A DNA stretch of 64,000 nucleotides from Deferribacterales bacterium (GTDB lineage: Bacteria > Chrysiogenota > Deferribacteres > Deferribacterales > Geovibrionaceae). This document shows positions 39,464 through 48,470 of this stretch, in pieces. The translations under genes were made by a program, and so were the position numbers. Positions within the stretch are counted from its first letter, which is position 1, and each line of letters opens with the position of its first letter. The notes under the pieces were generated by a model, which saw only the letters and a list, made by a program, of their open reading frames with translations, made no database searches and was not told where the DNA came from. The stretch spans positions 96,001 through 160,000 of the forward strand of contig JBFWLW010000004.1 in the NCBI GenBank assembly GCA_050251945.1, read 5' to 3'.

Positions 39464-40789
39464 ATGACTGAATCGAACCGCATAGAGTTTAAACGGCAAC
39501 TGAATGATGATGACAATAAGTTTGAGAAAGAAGTAGTCGCATTCTTGAACTATAAAGACGGCGGTGTTATTTACATCGGAATTGACAAGGACGGTGCATA
39601 TTATCACATTGACGATATTGACGGTACTCAGCTTAAGATCAAAGACAGGATAAAAAGCAATATAGAGCCGTCAACTATGGGGCTTTTTGATGTGTCTGTT
39701 GAAGACGGTAAAGTTATTAAAGTCACTATCGCCAGGGGTTCAGAAAAGCCGTACTACATTAAAAAGAGCGGAATGACCGAAAAGGGATGTTATCTTCGGG
39801 TGGGTTCTTCCGCTGAGCCGATGCCGCAGAGGATGATTGAAGACCTGTTTTCCAAACGCACCAGAAATTCAATCGGCAAAATTGAATCGCCTATCAATAA
39901 ACTTACTTTTGAACAGCTTAAAATCTATTATCAGGAAAAAGGCAAACTACTTAACGACCAGTTTGCATACAACCTTGAACTGCTGACAAAAGACGAGAAA
40001 TACAACTACGCCGCTTACCTTCTTGCCGATAACAACAGCATATCTATCAAGGTTGCAAAGTACGGCACTTTAACAAAAGCAGAGCTTATAGAAAACAACG
40101 AATACGGCTACTGTTCTCTGGTGAAGGCGACCAAGCAGGTGCTTGATAAGATTGAGATAGAAAACAGGACGGTTGCACAGATAACCTCCAAAGAAAGGAT
40201 AGAGAGCAGACCATATGACCCGAAAGCTCTCAGAGAGGCGATAATCAACGCCATTGTGCATAACGATTATTCCAATGAACGCCCGCCTGTTTTTGAAATA
40301 TTTCCTGACAGGATAGAAATAACCTCTGCCGGAGGATTGCCTTATTCTTTTACAAGAGAGGAGTTTCTGGCGGGATATTCTGCTCCGAGAAACAAGGAGC
40401 TGATGAGAGTGTTTAAAGACCTTGATCTTGTGGAACAGCTTGGTTCAGGAATCCCCAGAATCCTTGAGAAGTATGACGAAAGCATATTTATGTTTACTGA
40501 TAACTTCCTGAAGACCACCTTTATATCCAGCATGAGGTTGGGGGACAGGTTGGGGGACGAGTTGGGGAACAAGTTGGGGAACAAGTTGGGGAACAGGTTG
40601 GGGAACTTGAACGAAAACAGACAGAAAATAGTCATGTTAATGATGGAAAATCCGGAAATATCTACACCTCAATTGTCTGAAAAAATTGGAATTTCTGAAA
40701 CAGCCATAGAAAACAATATCAGATTCCTGCGAGAAAACGGCTATATCGAAAGACAAGGCACTTTCGGCGGGAAATGGATAGTAAAATAA
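39464..40789 (+). CDS. AlbA_2 (Schlafen-like) / HATPase_c_4 / wHTH protein
   Basis: ESNRIEFK...VAFLNYKDGGVIYIGID; ALREAIINAIVHNDY; C-terminal HTH. Confidence 0.82.
   Translation: MTESNRIEFKRQLNDDDNKFEKEVVAFLNYKDGGVIYIGIDKDGAYYHIDDIDGTQLKIKDRIKSNIEPSTMGLFDVSVEDGKVIKVTIARGSEKPYYIKKSGMTEKGCYLRVGSSAEPMPQRMIEDLFSKRTRNSIGKIESPINKLTFEQLKIYYQEKGKLLNDQFAYNLELLTKDEKYNYAAYLLADNNSISIKVAKYGTLTKAELIENNEYGYCSLVKATKQVLDKIEIENRTVAQITSKERIESRPYDPKALREAIINAIVHNDYSNERPPVFEIFPDRIEITSAGGLPYSFTREEFLAGYSAPRNKELMRVFKDLDLVEQLGSGIPRILEKYDESIFMFTDNFLKTTFISSMRLGDRLGDELGNKLGNKLGNRLGNLNENRQKIVMLMMENPEISTPQLSEKIGISETAIENNIRFLRENGYIERQGTFGGKWIVK
40535..40606 (+). repeat. In-frame 12-bp tandem repeat, six copies
   Basis: AGGTTGGGGGAC/AAGTTGGGGAAC-type units encoding (R/E/K)LG(D/N). 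Confidence 0.9.
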
Positions 40790-40805
40790 TTTAATAGGTA
40801 AATAT

Positions 40806-41585
40806 ATGGCATACGATGAATATAACGATATTGATGTAACCAAACTTTCTGACCAAGAAAAAATCGATTATCTGGAAAATATTCTGATTGCAAGAGCAAC
40901 TGGAGGAGATGCGTCAGATAAAGACTATAAATTCTTGAGAAATTATTTCATACAAAATCAGACATTTAAAAAGCTTTTACCAGAAATTGTTATCAAATCC
41001 TATAATATTGATCATTATTGGCAAACAATAAAACATCAAATTTCAAGTTATGCATCTAGGCGGTCATACATATGGGAGGAAATGGCTCCTATCAAAAACT
41101 ATATTGAATCAGGTACAAGAGTATGTAGTGACCATATAATAAAAGCCCATGAGAAGTTTGATTGTGATTATATTATTGAAAAATGGCATAGCGGTGTTGA
41201 GTCAGTGACAACAGACCCTGAAAGAACATTAACACTTGCAAGGACAATACTTGAATCAACTCTGAAATATATTTTAGATGATATGAGTGAGAAATATAAT
41301 GAAAAAGATGAACTGCCCAAACTCTATAAGAGTGTAGCAGATAAATTAAGTTTGTCACCAAGCTTACACCATGAAGAAATTTTTAAGCAAATACTTGGAG
41401 GGTGTCAAAGTGCTGTCACAGGACTTGGGTCATTGAGAAATAAATTAAGTGATGCTCATGGTAAAGGTAAAACCGTTTATAAAGTTAAACCAAGGCATGC
41501 AGAACTTGCCATTAACCTCGCTGGAAGTATTTCTAAATTTTTATTAGAAACATATGAAGACCATGGTCGCAATGAGCATGAATAG
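40806..41585 (+). CDS. Abortive-infection family protein (Abi_C-like C-terminal domain)
   Basis: ARTILESTLKYIL ... LRNKLSDAHG ... PRHAELAINLAG. Confidence 0.75.
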   Translation: MAYDEYNDIDVTKLSDQEKIDYLENILIARATGGDASDKDYKFLRNYFIQNQTFKKLLPEIVIKSYNIDHYWQTIKHQISSYASRRSYIWEEMAPIKNYIESGTRVCSDHIIKAHEKFDCDYIIEKWHSGVESVTTDPERTLTLARTILESTLKYILDDMSEKYNEKDELPKLYKSVADKLSLSPSLHHEEIFKQILGGCQSAVTGLGSLRNKLSDAHGKGKTVYKVKPRHAELAINLAGSISKFLLETYEDHGRNEHE

Positions 41586-41757
41586 ATGCTGCTTCAAAAA
41601 TGCTTCAAATCATTTTGAAGCAGGTTGATAAATAAGCATATTTTGTCATATTTCGTTTTTCTACGGATCAAAAGGTTAGGAGTTCGAATCTCTTCAGGCG
41701 CGCTTTAAAGTATCAATAATGTAAAAGGCAGTCAGTGATTCAAAGCTGATGATGTCT

Positions 41758-42525
41758 CTACAGGTGCATGTATTTTTCTGCCATGAGGATTGATATAAGC
41801 TGCTGACGCTTGGAAACGCCTGTTTTAGCGTAGATATTTTTCAGATGGAATTTAACGGTGTTTTCGCTGATGTTAAGAATTTTTGCAATTTCCCAGTTGG
41901 TTTTTCCATTCAGAATCCAGTGGCATGCCTCATGCTCCTTGTCTGAAAGGCAGTTTAAAAGGAGCACCACGTTAAGCCGCTTTCTTGCTGCCATAATGTG
42001 GGTGACAATTGCAGAAGTAATAGCGATTGTTCTGTTATCAGGCTGCTCTTTTGGGTCGGCAAATGAAATGAGAATCCCGAAGTCTTTTGAATCAGAAATT
42101 TCGTAAACTGAAAATCCATATTCCAGTCCGAATTGTTTTCTTATGCGGATAAGCTCTTTTTCGGATACGGAAAGCTTCCTTTCATAAGCATCCCAGATAA
42201 TAAATGATGCTTTTATGTTATTTTCAATCCGTTTTTCAAGCTCTATCCTGACAGGGTCGCACACGAGCAGGTTGTTTGTATTGTAAAATTCCATCCAGTC
42301 CTTCGGATTTGAAATGTTTATCATCCTGATGCTGTCTTCCGTGACATAATGGTGAGGAGTGTAGCAGCATAGCACATATCGGAACCCGATATATTCTGCG
42401 ATATCTTTTAAAAGATGTTCGAATTTTTCTTCCGATGTCATGTTAAGGCAAGTGTCGAATACAGATAGTATCATTTGAAGATCAGTTTCTTTCAGAAAGT
42501 TCAATTCCTGCCGTTCATCAGTCAT
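41758..42525 (-). CDS. LuxR-family regulator with autoinducer-binding domain
   Basis: NPKDWMEFY...DPV, W and G signature residues; HTH GKTNWEIAKILNISENTVKFHL. Confidence 0.92.
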   Translation of the reverse strand: MTDERQELNFLKETDLQMILSVFDTCLNMTSEEKFEHLLKDIAEYIGFRYVLCCYTPHHYVTEDSIRMINISNPKDWMEFYNTNNLLVCDPVRIELEKRIENNIKASFIIWDAYERKLSVSEKELIRIRKQFGLEYGFSVYEISDSKDFGILISFADPKEQPDNRTIAITSAIVTHIMAARKRLNVVLLLNCLSDKEHEACHWILNGKTNWEIAKILNISENTVKFHLKNIYAKTGVSKRQQLISILMAEKYMHL

Positions 42526-42536
42526 TTGTAATCCTA

Positions 42537-43274
42537 TTACAGGTTAAGATATTTTCCGGTCATAACAGCTGCCGTTGCCTGCTGTCTGTTCAGAACCCCG
42601 AGTTTTGTGCAGACACTTTGCATGTGATATTTAACAGTATTTTCGGCAATATTTAAATCATTTGATATCTCAATGTTGGATTTTCCCGCAAGAAGGTGTT
42701 CGCAAAGTAATTTTTCTTTGTCTGTGAGGGTATTGTATAGAAATACTATATCCAGACGTTTTCTTGCTGCGGTCATATGGTTTATGATTCTGAGCATAAA
42801 TTCCTCCATGCGGCTGTCAGCTGTCATGTTTCTGTCCGCAAAGGAAATGAGGAAAGTGAAATCTGAGTTCGACGAATCCTGATATACGGAAAAACCGTGA
42901 TTAAGTCCGTATGAACAGCGTTCATTTATCAGCTCAATCTCATATCGCGAGAGTTCTCTGTCAAATGAATCCCATTTTATGAATGAAGATTTTATCCCGT
43001 GTTGAAGCTTCAGTTCCATTTCAATGCGCACGGGGTCATTTGCCATATAATTGCAGGTTTGGTATTTAAGCATCCAGTCTGCCGGATTGGAAATGTTGAT
43101 AATATTAACAATTGAGCCTTTAGAATAGGAGATTTTGCAATAGCAGTAAAGAATGAACTGAAATCCCAGATAGTCGGCGGTTTCTCTGATGAGTCGGTGG
43201 TAGTCCTCTTCTGTCTGGATCCTGAAACATGAGTTGATTATGTATATAACCATAAGTAGATCATCTTTGCTCAT
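42537..43274 (-). CDS. LuxR-family regulator with autoinducer-binding domain (paralog)
   Basis: NPADWMLKY...DPV; HTH GKSNIEIS..LNIAENTVKYH. Confidence 0.92.
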   Translation of the reverse strand: MSKDDLLMVIYIINSCFRIQTEEDYHRLIRETADYLGFQFILYCYCKISYSKGSIVNIINISNPADWMLKYQTCNYMANDPVRIEMELKLQHGIKSSFIKWDSFDRELSRYEIELINERCSYGLNHGFSVYQDSSNSDFTFLISFADRNMTADSRMEEFMLRIINHMTAARKRLDIVFLYNTLTDKEKLLCEHLLAGKSNIEISNDLNIAENTVKYHMQSVCTKLGVLNRQQATAAVMTGKYLNL

Positions 43275-43384
43275 TGCCGTCTCCGCTTAAAGCCCCGATT
43301 ATTATATTATAACACTTTCACGAATTTTTCAGATGCCGGTTCTGACTGCAATCCATTTGCTATTACCGTGTCAGTTTTTTATTT

Positions 43385-43411
43385 AGACGAAACTGCGAGA
43401 ACATTGTTACA
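43385..43411 (-). promoter_or_regulatory. ECF-type promoter facing luxR genes
   Basis: TGTAAC-16 bp-CGTCT; same pattern at 62096-62122. Confidence 0.65.
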
Positions 43412-43453
43412 GACCATAATTCAGACTACTCGTCAGGTATTTGCTTAATCAAT

Positions 43454-43470
43454 CCAACTTTCGGGTAGGT
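43454..43470. promoter_or_regulatory. Candidate regulator-binding box (LuxR-type, inferred)
   Basis: CCAACTTTCGGGTAGGT, 14/17 identical to 62162-62178; imperfect palindrome. Confidence 0.45.
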
Positions 43471-43544
43471 ATGGTTCTTTTTCTTGATAGTGATGTTGGC
43501 GCTGTTATAACATTGAAGTGAAATGTAAGAACAAGAGGGGTTTC

Positions 43545-45026
43545 ATGCCTTGGTTATTACTTTATTCACTTCTGTTAAGTATTATTACAGTTTCAAATGT
43601 CAACGCAGAAAGTATTAAGCTTGAACAGGTTTTGTCTGTTGCGATGCAGAAGCAGGCAGACGTTCTCATACAGAAGCTGAACATAGATTACGCAAAAGGG
43701 AAGCGTTTGAGTTCTTCTTCAGCATTCGATGCCGTTTTGTCTGCATCGGCAGGTTACAAGGATGCTCAGTCCCCGCTGACAATTCAGCAGTCCGCCGCAT
43801 ATGGCATATCAACAGCGGACAGCCGTTTGCGGAGTTATATGGTTCAGCTTTCAAAGACCATGAGATCGGGGTTAAGCCTTACCGCAGAGATGAGTCTCTC
43901 AAATGAGATGGATGATACCTACGGAGCTTCGGATGACAATACCAGAACAGTGGGACTTACACTAGGAATCCCCTTTTTTGATCTTTTGGACGGTAATACC
44001 TCAAACTATGCTGAGAAATCAGCGGAAGAGGATGTGAAGTCTGCCATAGAATCGTATTACAGTCAGATAAGCCAAAGCATGTATCAAACCATGTCTGCAT
44101 GGTGGAATTTTACGGCGGCATATGAAGCTTATAAAATTTACAGGCAGAGTCAGCAGCTTAATGAGAAGTATTACGAAGACTACAAAAAGCTGGTTGAAAA
44201 GGATGAAAGACCCAGGTCGGATCTGATCCAGCTTCAGGCGAATATTGCTGTGATCAGCATGGAGACCAAGGCTGCGGAAAAGAGTTATGTATCTGCCGGC
44301 TATTCTCTTTGTTCGTCACTGGGTATTCCTTATGACAGAGAGAAGTTTCTCGATCCTGACACGAGTTGGATATCTTTTAATACGATTATTGAAAAGATAA
44401 ACGGGTATCTTGAAAACCCGTATGAAAGGCGGTTTGATATCCTTGCTGCTAAATCGGATGTCGAAAGTTCTTCCATTCTTATACGGGCGTATAAAAGAAA
44501 CCTGCGACCTGACGTGAATATAAATCTGTCTGCCGAAACCTCATCGAAAACCAAGAATGACCCGTTATATGATACGGACGGACGCAACAGAGGAAACACT
44601 CTTTCTGCGGAGGTCACATATTCCTTTCCCCTGTCGAATTCCTCAGCAAAAGGACTGCTTATGCAGCAGATGTCTCTGAGGCAGCAGAACCTTATTCAGT
44701 ATGAAGAGCTGAAGCGGGCAGCTGACATAGATATTGCGGACGCTGTTCAGGAGTTTCGTCTGGCTGTCGATTCGGTGGCGTTGGCGGAGCAGTCGGTTGC
44801 ATTTTATGAGCAGGCTTTGGTCACCGAGAAAAAGAAACAGGCTATCGGTATGAGCACGGTGCTTGATGTGCTGTCCACAGGGGACAGTCTGCGTGACGTG
44901 ATGCTTGAGAAGATAAGTTACCAGCTCAGTGCGGCTCTTGCCGCTGCAAAGCTCGCCTATGTCTCTGGAGCCATTCTTGAGGTGAGAGGCGGAGAGCTTA
45001 TTATTAACCGTGATTTCTTACCTTGA
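43545..45026 (+). CDS. TolC-family outer membrane efflux protein
   Basis: Signal peptide, ERRFDILAAK, GMSTVLDVL motifs; first gene of export operon. Confidence 0.85.
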   Translation: MPWLLLYSLLLSIITVSNVNAESIKLEQVLSVAMQKQADVLIQKLNIDYAKGKRLSSSSAFDAVLSASAGYKDAQSPLTIQQSAAYGISTADSRLRSYMVQLSKTMRSGLSLTAEMSLSNEMDDTYGASDDNTRTVGLTLGIPFFDLLDGNTSNYAEKSAEEDVKSAIESYYSQISQSMYQTMSAWWNFTAAYEAYKIYRQSQQLNEKYYEDYKKLVEKDERPRSDLIQLQANIAVISMETKAAEKSYVSAGYSLCSSLGIPYDREKFLDPDTSWISFNTIIEKINGYLENPYERRFDILAAKSDVESSSILIRAYKRNLRPDVNINLSAETSSKTKNDPLYDTDGRNRGNTLSAEVTYSFPLSNSSAKGLLMQQMSLRQQNLIQYEELKRAADIDIADAVQEFRLAVDSVALAEQSVAFYEQALVTEKKKQAIGMSTVLDVLSTGDSLRDVMLEKISYQLSAALAAAKLAYVSGAILEVRGGELIINRDFLP

Positions 45027-45035
45027 GGAGGGTGT

Positions 45036-46295
45036 ATGTCTGAGATATTCAGAAGAAAGTCGCTGGAGAAACTTGCCTCTCCCGACAAACTGGATGAGCT
45101 TATGCTGGTCACCGATGCCAAAGGGTGGCTTGCTCTTCTGGCTTTGGGGCTTATTATTGCACTGGCAGTTTTCTGGGGTTTTTTCAGTACAATACCCGAA
45201 AAAGTTGACGGACTTGGTATTTTTCTACGTCCGGAAGGGCTTGCCGATGTGATTGCTCCTTCAACCGGACAGGTTAAGGATATATACGTCAGCACGGGTG
45301 ATATTATCAAAAAAGGCTATCCGGTTGCAAGGATAAACCAGATGGAACTTCTTGCTGAAATAAAAGACCTGCGGAGCGTAATAAACGACCTTAAATTTAA
45401 CCTCGAAAATCTTAAAAAAGCAGAAACTCAATCTGTTTCCATGAAACAGTCAATGAGCACACAGCGAAAAGTAGCTATCCATGAGAAGGTTCTGAATCTC
45501 CGAAAACAGGAAGCATGGCTGAAACAGAAGATAGAAAACCAGAAAAAACTTTACGATGACGGGCTTATCACGTGGCAGACCCTGATTGATTCACAGTCTA
45601 ATCTTGATTCTGTCAGACAGCAGATCAGTGACGCGGAGAGTTCACGCAGTCAGGATGAAATGGAGCTTCATGAGAGATTCGGTCAGAAGGACAAGCAGGT
45701 TGAAGACCTGAACACGCAGATTGCCCAGAAGGAGCGGGAGCTTGAGAAACAGCTGCTTGCTCTGGACAATTCTTCAAAAATAATAAGTCCTTACAACGGG
45801 CGGATTGTGGAGCTTAACGTTGACAGGGATTCTATGGTGAGTAAAGGCTCCCCTATAGCCCGGATAGAGATAAGCGACGACAGCATCAAGAACCTCGAGG
45901 CGGTGATGTATTTTCCGCCTATGCAGGGTAAAAAGGTTAAACCCGGAATGCGGGTCAATATTTCTCCGTCAACTGTCAAGCAGGAGGAATATGGCTTCAT
46001 CGTCGGTATCGTCACTTTTGTGTCCGAGTTTCCGGTGTCGTCTTCCGCCATGGAAAGTACATTACATAACGATTCTCTGGCTCAGAATTTCACCCAGAGC
46101 GGCGCCCCTGTCGAAATAAGAGCCGATCTCATACCCGATCCTTCAACACCAAGCGGATTTAAATGGTCTTCACGCAAAGGACCGGACATAACCATTGAAA
46201 CAGGGACTCTCTGCACTGCGAGCGTCGCTGTTTCGGAGCAAAAGCCTATAAATCTGGTTGTCCCGCTGTTTAAAAAATATGTTTTGGGCAGATAG
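45036..46295 (+). CDS. NHLM bacteriocin-system HlyD-type secretion protein
   Basis: IFRRKSLEKLASPDKLD, EEYGFIVG.V..VS.FP, SGFKWSSRKGP motifs. Confidence 0.9.
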   Translation: MSEIFRRKSLEKLASPDKLDELMLVTDAKGWLALLALGLIIALAVFWGFFSTIPEKVDGLGIFLRPEGLADVIAPSTGQVKDIYVSTGDIIKKGYPVARINQMELLAEIKDLRSVINDLKFNLENLKKAETQSVSMKQSMSTQRKVAIHEKVLNLRKQEAWLKQKIENQKKLYDDGLITWQTLIDSQSNLDSVRQQISDAESSRSQDEMELHERFGQKDKQVEDLNTQIAQKERELEKQLLALDNSSKIISPYNGRIVELNVDRDSMVSKGSPIARIEISDDSIKNLEAVMYFPPMQGKKVKPGMRVNISPSTVKQEEYGFIVGIVTFVSEFPVSSSAMESTLHNDSLAQNFTQSGAPVEIRADLIPDPSTPSGFKWSSRKGPDITIETGTLCTASVAVSEQKPINLVVPLFKKYVLGR

Positions 46296-46298
46296 ATC

Positions 46299-48470
46299 AT
46301 GAAAATTCCGTTTATATCGTCCGGAACAAAAAATTATACCAAAACTCCGACGACCCTTCAGATGGAGGCGGTGGAGTGCGGGGCTGCGTGTCTCGCCATG
46401 ATCCTTGATTATCACGGATTAAAAGTTCCGCTTGAGATTGTAAGGCAGGACTGCGGCGTCTCGAGAAACGGAAGCAAAGCCAGCAATATGGTTAAAGCTG
46501 CACGAAAATACGGTCTTGATGCAAGGGGATACAGAAAAGAAGTCGGCGAGCTTCAGACCATGAAGATGCCTGTCATAATCTTCTGGAATTTCAATCACTT
46601 TGTGGTGCTTGAAGGATTCAGGAACGGCAAAGCGGTTCTTAATGACCCCGGTGTGGGCAGACGTTTTATCGAAATGGACGATTTTGACGATTCATACACA
46701 GGCGTAACTCTGACCTTTAAGCCGACGAAGAGTTTTGTCAGAGGCGGCGAATCCGGATCAATGTATAAAGCTCTTCTTGAGAGATTCCGCGGTTCGGAGA
46801 TTGCCGCGGCATACGTCATTCTGGCGGGGCTGTTTCTTGTTATACCGGGGCTTGTGATCCCCGCGTTTTCAAAGATTTTTGTGGACAGTATCCTTGTCGG
46901 CGGAATGGATGACTGGCTGCGCCCATTGCTGTTCGGCATGGCTGCAACTTTTCTCGTGAGGGGCGGGCTGACATGGCTCCAGCAATATTACCTTCTGCGG
47001 TTTGAAACCAAACTGGCAACTGTTTCCACCGCAAAATTCCTTATCCACGTCCTCAGACTTCCCATTACATTTTTTGCCCAGAGGATGCCCGGCGAGATCG
47101 TCAGCCGCATCCAGCTCAACGATGTGGTGGCGAACCTCATAGCAAACCAACTGACTGTGAACGTTATCAATCTGATGATGGTGGTGTTCTACACCGCTGT
47201 GATGTTCTATTACGATGTAATGCTGACGATTACCGGCATTCTGATAGCTCTCATAAACATTGGGATGCTTAAGCTGGTGTCATCTAAACGAATAATATTA
47301 AACCAGAAATTCCAGATGGAGGGTGGAAAGCTTATCGGAATCTCCATGTCCGGACTTTCCATGATAGAGCCGCTCAAGGCGAGCGGCGGTGAATCTGATT
47401 TCTTTGCGAAATGGGCAGGTCAGCAGGCAAAGGTAATAAACACACAACAGCAGCTGGCGGTTCCGACACAGCTTCTTATGGTGATGACTCCTTTTCTGAT
47501 GAGCGTCAACACGGTTGTAGTTCTGGGGTTTGGCGGGTTAAAGGTCATGAACGGCGAAATGACACTTGGTATGCTGGTGGCATTTCAAAGCCTTATGGCA
47601 AGTTTTATGACTCCGTTTAATCAGATAGTGAACATGGGTTCGACACTCCAGCAGACTGTTTCTGATGTGAACAGGCTGGATGATGCCATGCGCTATAAAG
47701 AGGATATCAGGTTTTCTGAATCACATGTTGTTTCCATGTCCGATAAGCTTGAAGGCGGTCTTGAGCTGAAAGACATCAGTTTTGGCTACAGCAGCCTGGA
47801 AGAGCCTCTCATAAGAGAATTCAGTGTTAAGCTGAACAAGGGGCAGCGTGTTGCCATTGTCGGCGGCTCCGGTTCGGGCAAATCCACTGTGGCGAAACTG
47901 GTCAGCGGGCTATATGAGCCATGGGGCGGTGAGATACTTTATGACGGATATAAAATCAGAGAGATAGAGGATTCCGCTCTTTACGACTCCATCGCAATGG
48001 TGGATCAGGATATTTTCATGTTTGAAGGTACTGTGCGGGACAACATAACCATGTGGGACAGCACGATTTCCGATGCTGACGTTCTTAAAGCCGCAAAGGA
48101 TGCCTGTATCCATGAAGATGTTGCGATACGCCCCGGTGCGTACCGCAGCAGAGTGGAAGAGGGCGGCGGCAATTTCAGCGGAGGGCAGAGACAGAGGCTT
48201 GAGATAGCGCGGGCACTGGTGCGCAATCCTTCCATACTTATTCTGGATGAAGCCACAAGCGCACTGGATGCGCAGACTGAAATGGATGTGGTGGATAATA
48301 TCAGAAAGCGGGGCGTGACCTGTCTGATCGTGGCGCACCGTTTAAGCACAATAAGGGACAGTGACGAGATCATTGTTATGGATAACGGGCTTATAGTCCA
48401 GAGGGGAACCCACGAAAGTATGATTTCCGGGGAGGATAAGCCGTATGCGCAACTCATCAGATCATACTGA
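46299..48470 (+). CDS. NHLM-type ABC exporter with C39 peptidase domain
   Basis: QMEAVECGAACL, WNFNHFVV, GGSGSGKS, FSGGQRQR, LDEATSALD. Confidence 0.95.
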   Translation: MKIPFISSGTKNYTKTPTTLQMEAVECGAACLAMILDYHGLKVPLEIVRQDCGVSRNGSKASNMVKAARKYGLDARGYRKEVGELQTMKMPVIIFWNFNHFVVLEGFRNGKAVLNDPGVGRRFIEMDDFDDSYTGVTLTFKPTKSFVRGGESGSMYKALLERFRGSEIAAAYVILAGLFLVIPGLVIPAFSKIFVDSILVGGMDDWLRPLLFGMAATFLVRGGLTWLQQYYLLRFETKLATVSTAKFLIHVLRLPITFFAQRMPGEIVSRIQLNDVVANLIANQLTVNVINLMMVVFYTAVMFYYDVMLTITGILIALINIGMLKLVSSKRIILNQKFQMEGGKLIGISMSGLSMIEPLKASGGESDFFAKWAGQQAKVINTQQQLAVPTQLLMVMTPFLMSVNTVVVLGFGGLKVMNGEMTLGMLVAFQSLMASFMTPFNQIVNMGSTLQQTVSDVNRLDDAMRYKEDIRFSESHVVSMSDKLEGGLELKDISFGYSSLEEPLIREFSVKLNKGQRVAIVGGSGSGKSTVAKLVSGLYEPWGGEILYDGYKIREIEDSALYDSIAMVDQDIFMFEGTVRDNITMWDSTISDADVLKAAKDACIHEDVAIRPGAYRSRVEEGGGNFSGGQRQRLEIARALVRNPSILILDEATSALDAQTEMDVVDNIRKRGVTCLIVAHRLSTIRDSDEIIVMDNGLIVQRGTHESMISGEDKPYAQLIRSY

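Larger units (their letters stand above)
39332..41701. mobile_element. tRNA-Arg-anchored islet without integrase
   Basis: Identical 41-bp repeat at 39332-39372 and 41661-41701. Confidence 0.75.
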
